Below, one piece after another: positions 46,210 to 62,100 of a DNA stretch of 64,000 nucleotides. A program made the translations under genes and the position numbers. How positions within the stretch are numbered: position 1 is the stretch's first letter; every line of letters starts with the position of its first letter. The notes below the pieces were generated by a model. That model made no database searches, was not told the DNA's origin, and saw nothing but the letters and a program-made list of their open reading frames with translations. The DNA comes from the human T2T-CHM13v2.0 reference genome, Homo sapiens: assembly GCF_009914755.1 (NCBI RefSeq), contig NC_060936.1; one strand, written 5' to 3'.

Positions 46210-49200
46210 TAAATGAGGTAATTTATGACTCTAATGCCTAGGTCGTAAACATTAGCTATTATCATTCAGATTCATAATTATATATCTAGATTTCTATTCT
46301 CCTTGTAGGAACAGAGTGAAAATGCCAAATTGCTTATGGAGAGAGAGAGGAAGGCATTTCTTCTTTCATTATAGAGATTGAGAAGCTTGGACACAGGGCA
46401 TTCGTGGACACGGTTATCTACTACGTGGCTTCTTTTTCCGTTTTGTTTCTACCATCCACATTTCTCCACCCCTAACCTTGCCAGGCTCTTCTCTTTTCCT
46501 GTGTCTGCTTTCTCCTTGCTTATACTCCTCTTCCTCCTTGTTACTTGAAATTCCGTAAAATATTTTTTCTTCCCTGGGCCTTTGGACATGCTGTTCTCTC
46601 TGAGTGGGATGGTCTTTCCCTCCAATCCCTCTGTTCATTGAATTTGAAACTATTATTCAAAGCAACATGTCTTACTTCTATATTTTCTGATTCACTACTG
46701 GGTGTTCTTTGCCCTTCTGTGAGCACCACTTGTATTCTGAACCTCTCTTCAAACCATTTCTTGAACTGCGATATTGGTTATTTATGTACTTGATTTTATA
46801 TACAGACCAAATTGCATATTCTCTCTGGGTAATGGCATAGGAAAATGACATAGGTAGGCAGTATGAAGAGATCCCTTCAATAACCATTTCCAAATAACTA
46901 TATGGAAATGCTAATAGATATGAAAGGAATGCTGCTGACTTACTTTGAGGAAACTACAAGTACATCAACGTGGTAATATCAAAGGGAATCTTAGAATGAC
47001 AGGATTTTAGAGAGGATCTTAGGAGGATGATAACAGGAAAACATTTAACTTCTCAGGGATTAAATTTCTCACAGAACTGGATTTCCATGCGGATGCTCTA
47101 TCACATCTTCCCTGGCCATGAGTTCTCTGCCTTCTCAACCCTTGACTTCCAGGGTCTTCCTCAATAATAAAGCCTAATGTGGATTCTTTCTGGGGATAAT
47201 TATCCACCAAAGATGGGAAGGTACCATGGATAGCCTAGAAATTTATGAATCTCTAGTCCATTTTGTTGCCCACCTTGTGCTCCACTGAGTGACATCAGTG
47301 GCTGTGGGACATACTCTGCCATGAGGCAGACAGTAAATTGACACCACATCCACTTTCCAGAGTCCTGAATAAATAAGTGGGGGGCCAGGAGAAGAGCATA
47401 TGCTCTTGATGTCTTAGTTAGCATTTAAGTTATTCTTAGATATAAAATAATATATATGGCAGGCTCTATCCCCCAGCTTATTTGGTGCACAACAGTCTTT
47501 CACTCAGCAACCAAGCTGGAAATTGTGCTCCTATTCTCACTCAGCTCCTCCCACTCCCTGGTGCTACTCAGTGGACCTCCTGGATATCTAATCTACTCTG
47601 TACACTTGTCAGCATCCCTGCCTACGTCTATGCCTGCGCTAGCTTTGTAACTAAACTGAATGATGCTTTCACTCTAATCTATTTTTTTCACTCAGACAGG
47701 AGTTCTTTTTCTAGGATCCAATTGTTTTATGGCATTACCCTAGTAAAAACTGCCAAGAGCTTCCACCTTCTTATAGGATTTTGTCATGTAACCCCCTTCC
47801 CAATCTGGCTAGTTTGTGTTTTCCTATTCCTAAGATCCTCTCTGAGATCCTGTCATTCTAAGATTCCCTTTGATTTTCCACATTGATGTACTTGTAGTTT
47901 TCTCAAAACAGCATGTCATTTCATATCTCTTAGCATTTCCGTGTCTTGTTACCTGCCAAGAATGCCTTACCCTGAACCCTACTCTCCTTTACCCAGCTAG
48001 TTCCTACTTATTGTTTAAGATCAGCTTCAAATGAAATCTTCCCCTTTATATTTCTGTGTATCTACAACACTGGGTGTTAATACATTACAGTATTTCTCAC
48101 ATTAAATTCTAGCCATTTGCACAGTTCTCTCTCACTAGACTCTGAGCTATTCATTTTTATAATCCCACCTTCCCACACATTTCAACCATCTTTTCTTCAA
48201 TCCCTAGCAGTAGCTATTATATAGTAGATGCTTAATTTACTCAAAAATTAAATCGAACTGTTAAATAAGAATGACTACAATTTAAATAAAATATTTAAAT
48301 ATTTTAAATGAATAAATTAATTTTAGAATAAATATACTGAAAATTCTATTAATGTGAACCCTAATTGACCAGTTCATTTCATAGAAGAGTTCTCAGTTAT
48401 ATTCCTCAAATAAATTTCCTAAATAAGAGCAGCTAAATTATATTTTCTTTTTAAGTTATAAACACTTGAAGTTCTCAAGTTGAAAAACTTGGATTATATT
48501 AATGATCATGCATAATGTATAAAATGATCACTTATAAAGTTAATTTTTAAAAGTTTGTAGATTAACAAAGCAGATCTACTGACTTTTGCTAATGTTCTAG
48601 CTAGTGAACTGGACTTTGTAATCCAATTAAAATGTTTGGTTTTTTTTTAAAAAAACTCCAAACTTTCTGTGTCTCTGGAGTGCTCAGCTATAGTGTATGA
48701 TTAGTTAAGAAAACATGCATATGATCACTTAGTTGGTTTGCCTTTAAGTCTCAGCTTTTCATTTTTGAAATTATCTTAAACAGTATTTAGACTTTGGAGT
48801 CCTGTACTGTTTTTCAAGTGTTAATGGAAAAAAAAAAACAAAAAACAAAAAACTTCAAAGACCTGGGCCCTTTAGTTAAAAAAAAAAATAATCTGAAAGT
48901 TCTCACAGTTATTGGAGATTTATCTGGTTTAGCAGAAATTGTTTGAGTTGTACGGTCATCTTATTGATTTTTTATTTTTTTTCAACAAGATTACTCATTG
49001 GAGACTAGGAGTTCTTGATATCCAATTTTAGTACCTCATCTTTCCTCTACCTGCAAAAAAGGATTTTTTAAAATGCTGTTTGAGCATTTTAAAATATTTG
49101 GAAAATAGTTTTCTGAATATCCAGCATTAGTTTTTCACTTCTGTTTCTTTGGGCAGAAATGAAGATTATGAAGAAAACTGCCGAAGAAGAGTTAAATAAT

Positions 49201-49849
49201 CACCCTTTTCTGAGCCAAACCCAGGGCCTCTTGGTTTGGGTGAGATCAAGTATCAGCACAACATTTTTTAATTTGTGTCCTTTAAAAGGGTTCTTTTCAG
49301 GACACTGTGAGGAATGTGAGGTTTGGCTTCCTTTTTCACGTAGGAAGTGCTGAAAGGAACACTTTATGCCTTTTATGACTATATGTCTCATGAAGAATTT
49401 TTAACTTTGTCATGGTGTACAACTAGAATAGTATTTATTAACTTTTAGCTCGATAGAGCTGTGTGCATCTACAGCCAGGCCCAGCTACTCCTCCTCCATC
49501 AGGTGCTCCTATATCCATCTCCTTTATCCCCTCCATCTGACCAGTTGCCACTCCTATTGGTTTCATTTGAAACGCCTCTAAAACACACCCTTTCTCACCC
49601 AGGCCTTTCTATCTTTTCCTCCTCATTCCTTGTTCTCTCTGGTTTAAACCATTCTTCACACAGCTCTTACTCATCTTCACCCCTTTTCCAAAATGTCCCA
49701 ATTTATCATACAAATTGAAACGGTTTTGCCTAGTTTACAAAATGCTCCTTAATCTGTTCCTATTGTCTATACCCCGTCTTGATTGTTACTGCTCTTTTGA
49801 ACCTACTCACAAATTTCCTGTTTCCCAAAGTAGTGAATTTTGGCGCATA

Positions 49850-49982
49850 CTTCAGAGTCAGAGCTGTTTGTTAAAAAATATACATTGCTGACTTCAAATT
49901 TTGGGTTCCAGCTTGGGAATCTGCATTTAAGTGGATTCTTCCAAGTGATTCTCATGTGCATTAAAGTAGAAAGTCTCTGCCC
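49850..49982. mobile_element. MER5-like hAT-Charlie fragment
   Basis: GGGAATCTGCATTTAA...AAGTGATTCTCATGTGCATTAAAGT motifs. Confidence 0.55.
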
Positions 49983-50339
49983 ACTTGCCTCTCCTGTCCT
50001 CACTGACTCTGCTTCTCTTTAAATTCTAGAAAACATGCCTCTTCTGCATAGGGTGAAGTCTCCAACACATGTTCACTTGTGCTGCTTTCTGATGATTTGT
50101 GTTTCTGCAACTGGAGTATAAGCTCCCTGAGGCAGGGGTCATGTTTGTAGTGTATGATGAGGCAGAAAGATCACTGGGCTGGAAGTTGGACAAGTTGACC
50201 TTTATTGCAGTTTCTACCTATGAGGACAAACATGGGATCTTACCATCTCAGTTTGCTCATAGGTGAGGGTGAGAACTGGCAGCAATGATGTCTAAGTTCC
50301 TCTGTGCTCTAAAAGCTGCAGTGTCACAGTTACAGAAAG

Positions 50340-52860
<2,521 letters not shown>

Positions 52861-55800
52861 TATTCTTCGTGGTTTTTATACTCTGCCAACCTGCTGATTG
52901 TGACTTGGATAATAAGATACTTTAATCCCCATTTGTTTTATTAAAAAAAGATAGGGAAACCAAAGATTAATACGAAGAAACCAGTCACCATCAAATCACA
53001 TTCGCAATTATATATTTTCTTTTAAAGTTCTGTAATTGAAAATATTCTTTTAAAGATCTGTTTTAAAATTTAAGAATAATGATAGGGATTTAAGTTAATG
53101 ATTGAAAAAAGCCCCTCCTTTTTTCTTTTAAGAAATGATAGAATTATTCTATTATCATATTCACAAGATAGCCCAAAATGGGCTTTTGATTAGGATTGCA
53201 ATTAATGACTGAAGACATCTGAAATTTATATTCTTTCACTAATTAATTAATTTTTTCAATCATTATTCAACAACTGCATTGTAGCAAGTGCTATGCAACA
53301 ATTGCTGCATTAATTATTACAAAAGAGAATTTGAGATACATTTATAAACAAACCAAAATCAAGGCAGAGTTAGGTAGTTTGGCCTCCAGTGCATATGGGA
53401 TTAGACTTTATGTCATTCTTTATTATTTCCACGAAAATAACAATGTAGATTAGCATCACTCCAGCTTCATTTCATTTAAGCCAAAAGGGGAAAAAAGTTC
53501 AGTTTGTAGTTGGATAGTCTTTATTCCTCTATTTTGTAGCTATATAATTTCCTTTTCTTCCCCGCTTACCTTGCTGTGTGTGAGTGGGTGCCTTATTTGG
53601 GGTTTATTTTTATTTTTAAAAATTCTGTATTGTATCTATAAGGAAAAATATACACATTGAATAAAATTGCATTAAAAATTAACTTTACATTGTTGCTTTA
53701 GAGGTTTGGAATTTGATTTTTTTAAGAGAATTAGAATTTAATTAATTAAGGAAAACAGGAGAGAGTATTTGGCTCATATGCCACATGCTAATCTATACAT
53801 CCAGAAAAACATACCAATCTAAGTTAAGAAGAAAGACAGCCTGACCGTGAGTGGGATAGTTTTAAGAGTGAGTCTCATCCGAGGCCAGAAAGGCACACAT
53901 CAGCCAGGGTCAGCCTGATGGCTCTCAGCAGCTCTATGGGTCTCCTGTCATCTCATCAATTCTTCTCCTGACCCTACTTTTTAGGCTTCCATTCAATGCA
54001 AAAAATAAGTCTATAATTGCACAATCTGAATGAGAAACAAACAAGTCCTAAGCAAGTCCTTATTTGTTCAATTTAGAAACAGCATCTCTGGGTGACCCCA
54101 AGCGCAACATTGGCCAAAGGAGCTACTCTCCATTTTCACTTTATGTCGATCATTTTTTGCTGGTGTAAAAATTTTGATTTCCATATTTATATGTAGAAAG
54201 TAATAGAATTTTAATTGGCCTGACATGTTAAGAATTTCTGTAAACTAACATTGGGGTTTTCTTTGAATATCAAATGTTACCTGTGGAAATGGAATACTCT
54301 TAACTCTCACACAATGTAGTTAATTCATGGGCCTTTGACAAGACTGTAATGCTGGGAGACTCCTCATAGCAAGAAGTGATTTCTTCATTGAGAATCGAGA
54401 AAAACGTTCATGACTCCAGAACAACACTTTCTTTTTAATGAGAGAATATTTCTCCTTTGACTATAACTTTAATTAAACTCTATTAACTTTAATTTAATTT
54501 AAGCTATTAAATAGTTCAAATGCTATTAAACTCAAAGAACATATTTTTTTAAAAGGTATTTAGTTCCTGGGCATTTTTCCTTAATCTCACACAGCCTTAA
54601 TTACTATGCACTTATTGTTAAGTATATCATAAAATAAAATATAATGTATAAATTGCATTAATCTCTATAAAAGTAAACTTGAGGCAGAGCCATAAACTAA
54701 CCAAAATCAGAGGTACAATAAAAAGGCAAGGTACATAAAACATCTTCAAACACTTGGACCTCCATGGATGGTGAACAGATTTTATTGCATTCCTCTATTA
54801 TTTCCCTAGAAATTAGAACAGACTTTTCATGTATGGTGCATTATTATGTAATATTCTCATTCTATTATCTTTTTATCCTGCCCTATTTTATATTCTTTAT
54901 TCTTTTATTCTATATTCTTTTTATCCTGCCCTATTTTAATGTCTTTTCCCCAAAGTAGAGCTTCTCTGAATCTGTAATAATTTTCAGAAGTTTGCCAAGT
55001 CATATATTCTCCTTTCATAATTACTCGTATAATTATGACACCCTGGCACATATTAGTAACCAGGGAAATGGGGTTATTTAATTATATGCTAATGAACATT
55101 TGCAATTATACAATTTTTTAAATCCATAGGAAATTAAGAAAATGCTTTTCATCAAGCAGAGTATTGCTTGAAATCTATTTTTTTCAATAATACAGCAGAT
55201 TAAATCACTAAATAAAAAGTTTCATTGTCATAGAAGCTATGAATGTTAACTCTCAGAATATGGAATCTTTGATTCTTGGATTGAAATCAATTTTGGATGT
55301 CCTCATGTTCAATTTTTCTATGGCTTCAATAACAGATGTTTTATTAAACCTTTTCTAATTTGCAGTACACACTTGTTAATGAGACGTTGCTTAAATACCT
55401 CCAGGGATGTAATGTTTACCGTCAAAGAAGGCTGCCTGTTCTGATGCTGAACAGTGCTAATGATTAGCAGATATCTCTTGAGCACCTAATATGTGCAAGA
55501 CATTCTTCTAGACATGATGTAGAATATAAATTTAAGTCAGAATTTACTTTTGTACATAAAGTGCTGACACTCAAGTAGAAGATATCAGAAGTCTACATTA
55601 AAAATGGCATGATTGGACCACAATATACACACTGCTCACATGCCAGTTTAGATTTTATATGCTCTGACCTCCACTAAACAGTTGAAGCAATTGCTCGCTC
55701 ATTAGGGCAGAGATAATTCCATGCCACTCATCATAGCCTTTACTTTCAACTTTATCTCCGCTAGGTCCCCCAAGCTGCATCTCTTTGAGTTTACACTTGA

Positions 55801-57789
55801 ACCTTCTCTTCCTGCCCAGCAACTTTTAATTGACAGCATATTTGCACAGGTGTCTGGGAATTTGATTTGGCACTTCCCAGAGGCTCTTGTGCCTGACTGC
55901 ACTTTCAGTTCTTTGTCACTTCCTTGACTGGGCAAACAGTCACCACCCACCTGTTCAATTCCAGAACATTCTGGCACAGGTGCCAGTCCAGCCTCAGTGC
56001 TCCAGCCCTGCTGCAGCCAGCGAAGCCAAGTACATATTTCATGGAGAATAGTCAGTCATAAACGCTGTGGAAAACTGAATGAAAGTTCTCTTTTGAGAGG
56101 GTCCATTTTACTGTTGGAAAGCCCTTCTGGTAAAGGCAAGAACGACCAACCTTTTCAAATATGAAGATCACTTTTAACATCCAAACGCAAATGTCCAGTC
56201 ACCTGTTAGCAGTTATACTGTGGCCTCTCTTGATAAACTAATAGTAACAATAACAATAATATAAGTTAAACATATTCAAAATACTATTATGTTATTTTCT
56301 ATTTTATTGATTCTAATCTTTTTATTTTTTAAAACAGTGGCACTTATGCTAGTGAGATATATTATTCCTTCCAATTGTTGGCAGTGCTTTTTGTTAGTAG
56401 CTTTATTAAACGCTGGTAGTAATTCCATGTACTCCTGAGAATACATATTTCATAGAATTTGAACCAGATGATGATAAAAATACAATATGGACACATATTA
56501 TGCAAGCTGATTATACACATTATCTCCTTTAGTCTTCAAAACCACTCTATGGGATTTGCACTATCACACTTTATTTTATGGGTGAGGAAACAGGTTTACA
56601 GAGAATGAACAACTGCCCTGGTCATAGAGTTATAGGTGACAAAGCTGGGGTTTGGCTCCAGGCTGGTCTGTCTTCAGGGTCCCTACTCTGTGACTATGCA
56701 ATGGTGTTGCTCCAGCACCAGGAAGGTGGTTGCAAACAAAGGTAAGAAAGTCTGAGGTGGCTGAGAGTAAGAACTGAATTGAGAGTTACCACCATCCCCA
56801 GCCCAGCTGCCTCTGTTGTGCTAGCTGATATGTCAACCAGTCTTTAAACTAACAGGAACTGAAAGAAATTTATTTCAGTTTCCTAAAACAGCCACTGAGG
56901 CAACTTAAATTTTGAGTTTCAGGTGATTTTATTCATCCATACATGTTTGTTTACTTAGAGCTTTCAAGGTGTATGTCTATAGAATGATAAGCATCTAGGT
57001 TATCTGAACACATCCCTTGGTTTTATCTTCTAACCAAAACAAGATCATTATATAATTATTAACTTGGGTCTTCCAAGTGAAAACAAGGACAGTAAGAAGT
57101 TCCAATTATAACAAAGTATATGATGTTTCGTGGATCATAAACAGGAGAAGCAAATGAAATAGGAGTTAAAGAGGAAGGTGGTGTTATTTTGGCCTTACTA
57201 TGTCAGATAATGCTTTATGTAAAAATAAGTTGGCATTTTTCCTGCACGTTGAATAATAGTTAAGCCTTGGGAATTTAGTGTTGATAAGGGGATGGGCCTC
57301 TAGATAGAAGGAACTTTCATTTATCATGAAAACCAGGACCTATTGCAGAGTAAATGGGGGCAGATTTAATAATTACAACAAAGCGATGAAAACACTGGGA
57401 CTGTTCTGGTTAAACTGGCAGGTGGTCACTCAAACTATAGAGGAAAGGGTACAATAGCTAGCTCTATTGGCTACAACAAGGGAAGAGAATAGTAAAGAAT
57501 AAAATGAGAAAAGTGCATTGGAATCATATTGTGAGGACCTTGAATGTCAGGCAGTATTTTATGGACAAAGTTTAGTCACTGAAAATTTGTGAATAGATGG
57601 ATGTGTGATATAAACTGAACTGTCTTCCAGAGAGATGAATTTGACAGTAGAGAGTAAGATGAATTGAAGAGGGCAGATAATGGAAATATTTACTTGATAT
57701 GGCCATGATTTCTCTTCCATCTACAAGACTTCTTAGAGAATTTGCCTCATCCACAGTAAATAAGGATAGTGCCATGTATCTTTATTTTT

Positions 57790-58036
57790 CCTGATCACAT
57801 CTGATAGAACCAGGGGTGGACATAGGGCTTTTGTTGGTTCAGTGAGATATTTTCCTCTCAGAAATTTGGAATTGGGACCAGAAACTGGGTTGTTAAACTG
57901 TGGAAATTCATCTTTTTGGAATTCTTGAGGTGGACCATGAGCAAAAGGATGAGTCTAGCAGGAGAGTAGTTGCGTGTGGAGAGAGACTGATGCTGCAAAT
58001 GTGCAAAGTGAAGCAGATAAGTGAGAACAAGTGTGC

Positions 58037-58088
<52 letters not shown>

Positions 58089-58282
58089 AGGGAGGGTGGA
58101 AAAGATAGGAGAGGAGGGGAGGGGAGGAATGAGAGATGTTGCCTAATGGCTTTGAGGTCCTGGAATAACTCTTGTACATCATGCTCTATAACATTCCTCT
58201 GTGTTGTCATTGTTAACTATTTTTGTTTTAATATAATTTGATTCAGTTTATTTTCCATGAAAACAAATGAGCTCTAAGATAA
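57790..58282 (+). mobile_element. Old ERVL-type LTR relic (LTR16/LTR33-like)
   Basis: CCAGGGGTGGACA...GAAATTTGGAATTGGGAC and a terminal TTTGATTCAGTTT...AACAAATGAGCTCTAAGAT pattern. Highly diverged. Confidence 0.4.
58031..58089. repeat. (GT)n(GA)n compound microsatellite
   Basis: GT run switching directly into a GA run. Confidence 0.95.
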
Positions 58283-58798
58283 AGTAGGAATAGTTCCCCA
58301 GTAAGTCCCACACATTGATTCTAGAGCTGCATTTTTGAACACAAAACAAATCTCCTCCTTCCTATCTAGCCCTTCAAACATTTTAAGACAGCAATAATGC
58401 CTATTGCTGTTTCCTACGGTTTCCTCTTCTTCAGGCTAAATATTTCTCTCTTTAACAACATCTGTTTCATCATCTGTTGCTTTTTAAAGATGACACTCAA
58501 ATTGAGCACCTTATTTCAGAAATCTTCTAACTAGTGCAAAAATAGTCAAGCTGTGGCCTCACAACCCTCTTTTCACTTTTCATCCCTTGACTTCAGAGGT
58601 AAAAAAATTAAAGCACTTCCTGTCCCTGAGTCTCTTCCAGCTATGGGAGTGGGAGTGCAGAGGACTTGTAGCATGTTTAGCTAATATGTAGGAAGAAGTC
58701 CCAATAATACTTCTTCCTGAATAAAAGGGCAAAAATTTACTAGGAGAAGGATCCTTTATTTTTCTCTTGTCTAGGGTAAGGACATAATGCTTAAAAGT

Positions 58799-59175
58799 TG
58801 ATGTGGTTTGGCTGTGTTCCCACCCAAAATTCATCTTGAATTGTAGCTCCCATAATCCCTACATGCCATGGGAGGAACCCAGTGGGAGGTGGGTTCCCCA
58901 TTGAATAATGGGGGTGGGGTTTTTTTATGCTGTTCTCGTGATAGTGAATAAGTCTCACGTTATCTGATGGTCTTATAAATGGGAGTTCCCCTGCACATGC
59001 TCTCTCTCTTGCCTGCCACCATGTAAGATATGCCTTTGCTCCTCCCTCATCTTGCACCATGATTGTGAGGCCTCCCCAGCTGGATTGGATTGTGAGTCCA
59101 TTAAATCTCTTTTCTTTTATGAAATACCCAGCCTCAGGTATGTCTTTATTAGCAGCTTAAGAACGGATTAATACA
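58799..59175 (+). mobile_element. THE1B solo LTR (ERVL-MaLR)
   Basis: TGATGTGGTTTGGCTGTG...GATTAATACA. Perfect 5-bp TSD AAAGT at 58794-58798 and 59176-59180. Appears nested in an older MLT1-like LTR ending near 59385. Confidence 0.95.
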
Positions 59176-62100
59176 AAAGTGTAGCTCCGCTCATGCAATT
59201 ATGAGGATGTGTATGCTGATGCCAGAAAATAGAGGGAGCCTAGGCCCTGAATTCTGTCACTGAGCTGGCATAGCCTCTATGGACTGCCATCACCACACTA
59301 CTTGTTGCAGGAAACAATAAGCACCTTTTTGTTTAAAGCAATGTAGTACATTTTTCTGTAACTTGCATACAAATCATAATTGATAAACTTCCTAAGGCCT
59401 GGATATGATACTTTTTGTAAATGTGATTTAAGATTATATGGGCTTTTAAATCATCCATATCATATAAACACTGTAATTCATTCAATCACAGTGAAATTTT
59501 TCCTAATTTTCAAATGTATCTTCTGTGATAAGTATTTATAATTTCAAATTGTAAAACACAGAAATAATTTTACTCCATTTCCTAAGACCTGCCTATTCTG
59601 TATACCTGCTTTTCTTTCCTATGTTATTAAAAAAAAGAAGAAAAATCAACATCTAATAAATCGATAGAGAAAAACATGGCAGAAAATTTTCAAAGCTCTA
59701 AAGCTAGATTGTAGAGTAGGATAAACAGAAGAATAAACCAGGATTTAAACACAGTTTTCTTCTAGTAAGGACAATAAAGCATATTCCCAAGTATAGATAA
59801 AGCAGGCTGAGTGAAACCATGCTCTGAAATAATAATTAGTACAATTTTAAGGTCTATAACTGTTTCCTACTCTTATCCAACAACGGCATAGAGTGACTCT
59901 AGTCAAGTAGAAATGATGGTGTGTGTGTATGTGTTCAGTTTAAAGAGTGTTCAAGATGAAGTCCTACCCAACTCTGGTTCCATGTGGTGTATGTATGGCA
60001 TGAATAGATGTAGAAATTCCCCTTCCCAGAAAGGAGAACCAAGGAGACCTGATGTCAGGGCAAGTAAAAGGCCAAATGGAAATCCTTGGGTCAGGAGTCA
60101 TTGTGGACCCTGTGGGCATCAGCAGCAGGTGTAGGCAAGTGTATTAAGGCTCGGGGAGCACCCGTAGATGCAGAGGGAAAAGAAACCTTCGCCTAAAGGT
60201 CAAGTGCAGCAACACAGCTCAGTGAGACCAGTGAGGAGCTGAGGACTGAAAATGTCTCAGGGACCTCTCACTCCTGCCACCATAATGATTTCTAGAAATC
60301 TCATTGCTTAGAAACTACTTGGGAAGAAAGGAGAAGGTGAAGGGATGGGAGATAACCAAGAAAGCATGTGCACTTAAATAGACCAAGTTAATCTGCAGAA
60401 GGCTAAGCTTGAAACAGAAGTAGAGTATGTTACTTAGAATGGGTCTTTTTTTCCATTACTGTTCAAAGAAATAGGGGCTTATAATTAGATTTCATTTCCT
60501 AATGTAATTACATCTTAAATTATATCTGATTTATGGTGTGTAAATTTTAAAGCCACTTTAAATACAGATACTTGATTTAAGAAAGTGACATGTACAAAGT
60601 CAGATGAGGGTTTGAGAGGGGAGAGCTCACTTATAGTTGGGAGCTTAAAAGGCGACATTTGAACAAAGCCATAAAGGATGTGTATGATTTTTAACGGGAG
60701 AGAAAAGGAAGAGTGAAGAAGGGTATTTTAGAGGCATGATGCTGGAGTAGAGGAACAGGGGCAGCAAGGGAAAAGCAAGAAGCTTGTTGGTTGGAGGATA
60801 TATATGTTGACAAAAGCATAAAGTTTCAAAATTGGAAAGGACTTTAGAAATATAAATTTTTGAAATCTGGTCTTCTCATCTTACAAATGAGAGCTCCATA
60901 ATGTCATGCTCACATTGATAGTGAGGTTTAGTCTTGGCTCTCGTCACCAAGCACAGGTGAGTTCTTGATTTTCTACAACACCCTGCCAGGATTTCAGAGA
61001 GGAATAATGAAGGCTGTTATTTCACTGGCTCTGCTAAGTCACTGAATGTTTATGAGAGGATTTTAATGAAATCAGTCTGGTTGTAGAGTAAAAGGAAAGA
61101 CTCAGGAAAGAAACAGATAGATTAAGGTCCAAGAGAAGTGCAGTTGTTTAGGGAAGAGGTCACAGAGCTAGGGTGGAGCAGTTGAAATAATTATAATTTT
61201 TGGATGATAACTATCATTTCTCACTAGGTTATTTCTTGAGGTTCTCTGGTTTTCTAGTGCCTAGAATAGTGTTCAGGAACCTTGAATGGACTATTTAATG
61301 AATGAGTGAGTAAACGCTAAAGTTAGTGGCCCTTCAGAAGGAAGTGTAAATGAAAAAAAAAAATACTTTTGTGTGTCCTTTATAGAACTTTTGTGGCTCC
61401 TTCAAAGGAGAAATGTTGAGTTTGAAGGAGAAATGTTAAGTTAGTTTGGACCTACTGGGTTTGATATAGAGCAGTGTATTCTACGTGGATTTCTCAATCA
61501 GGCCATTGGAATGTGGACCTGGAGCTGTGAGAAAGGTTAGGACTACAGATTTATAGATCTTGAAAAAAAAAATCAGAAATATGGTGCCAGTGATTTTAAA
61601 GCTCTACACAGGGCTCTTCACATAACTAGCAAAATGAAAGCTGGTCCTTCTCTCAGCAAAGTGGACTGTGCCCTCCACTGAATATTTAGAACTTTCCTGT
61701 CTTAGATGCTGATCTCTCTTTCTGTGTTTTTTGTTTTGTTTTTGGGTTTTTGTTGTAGTGTTTTTCAGCACACATGCGAAAGTTCAGTAATCTTAACTCA
61801 GCGGTCATAGCTAAATCTGAAACTGAATAATGTATGGGTGTGGTGCTGTTTACTGGAACAAATGGTTTATTTTATTGCCTAAATTTCAAATCCTTTAATA
61901 TGTTTCCTAAGAAGTCATCTGATTTGGAAAATTATTGCAAAAATAAAACTGAAGAACAAGAACTAAACCTATGTCAGCCAGTTGAAGTGAATTATTCTGT
62001 ATCTGTTTTTCTAGAATACATTTACTAATAGGAAATCAGTGTCTACCAATCTATACTAAATAAGTGTTGAACAAATATTTAAGTTATTAGTTTGAAGATG

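Noticed and set aside
59071-59083. PRDM9 hotspot motif in the THE1 LTRs
   Set aside because: The site reads CCTCCCCAGCTGG here and CCTTTCCAACGAC at 13515-13527. Neither matches CCTCCCTNNCCAC.
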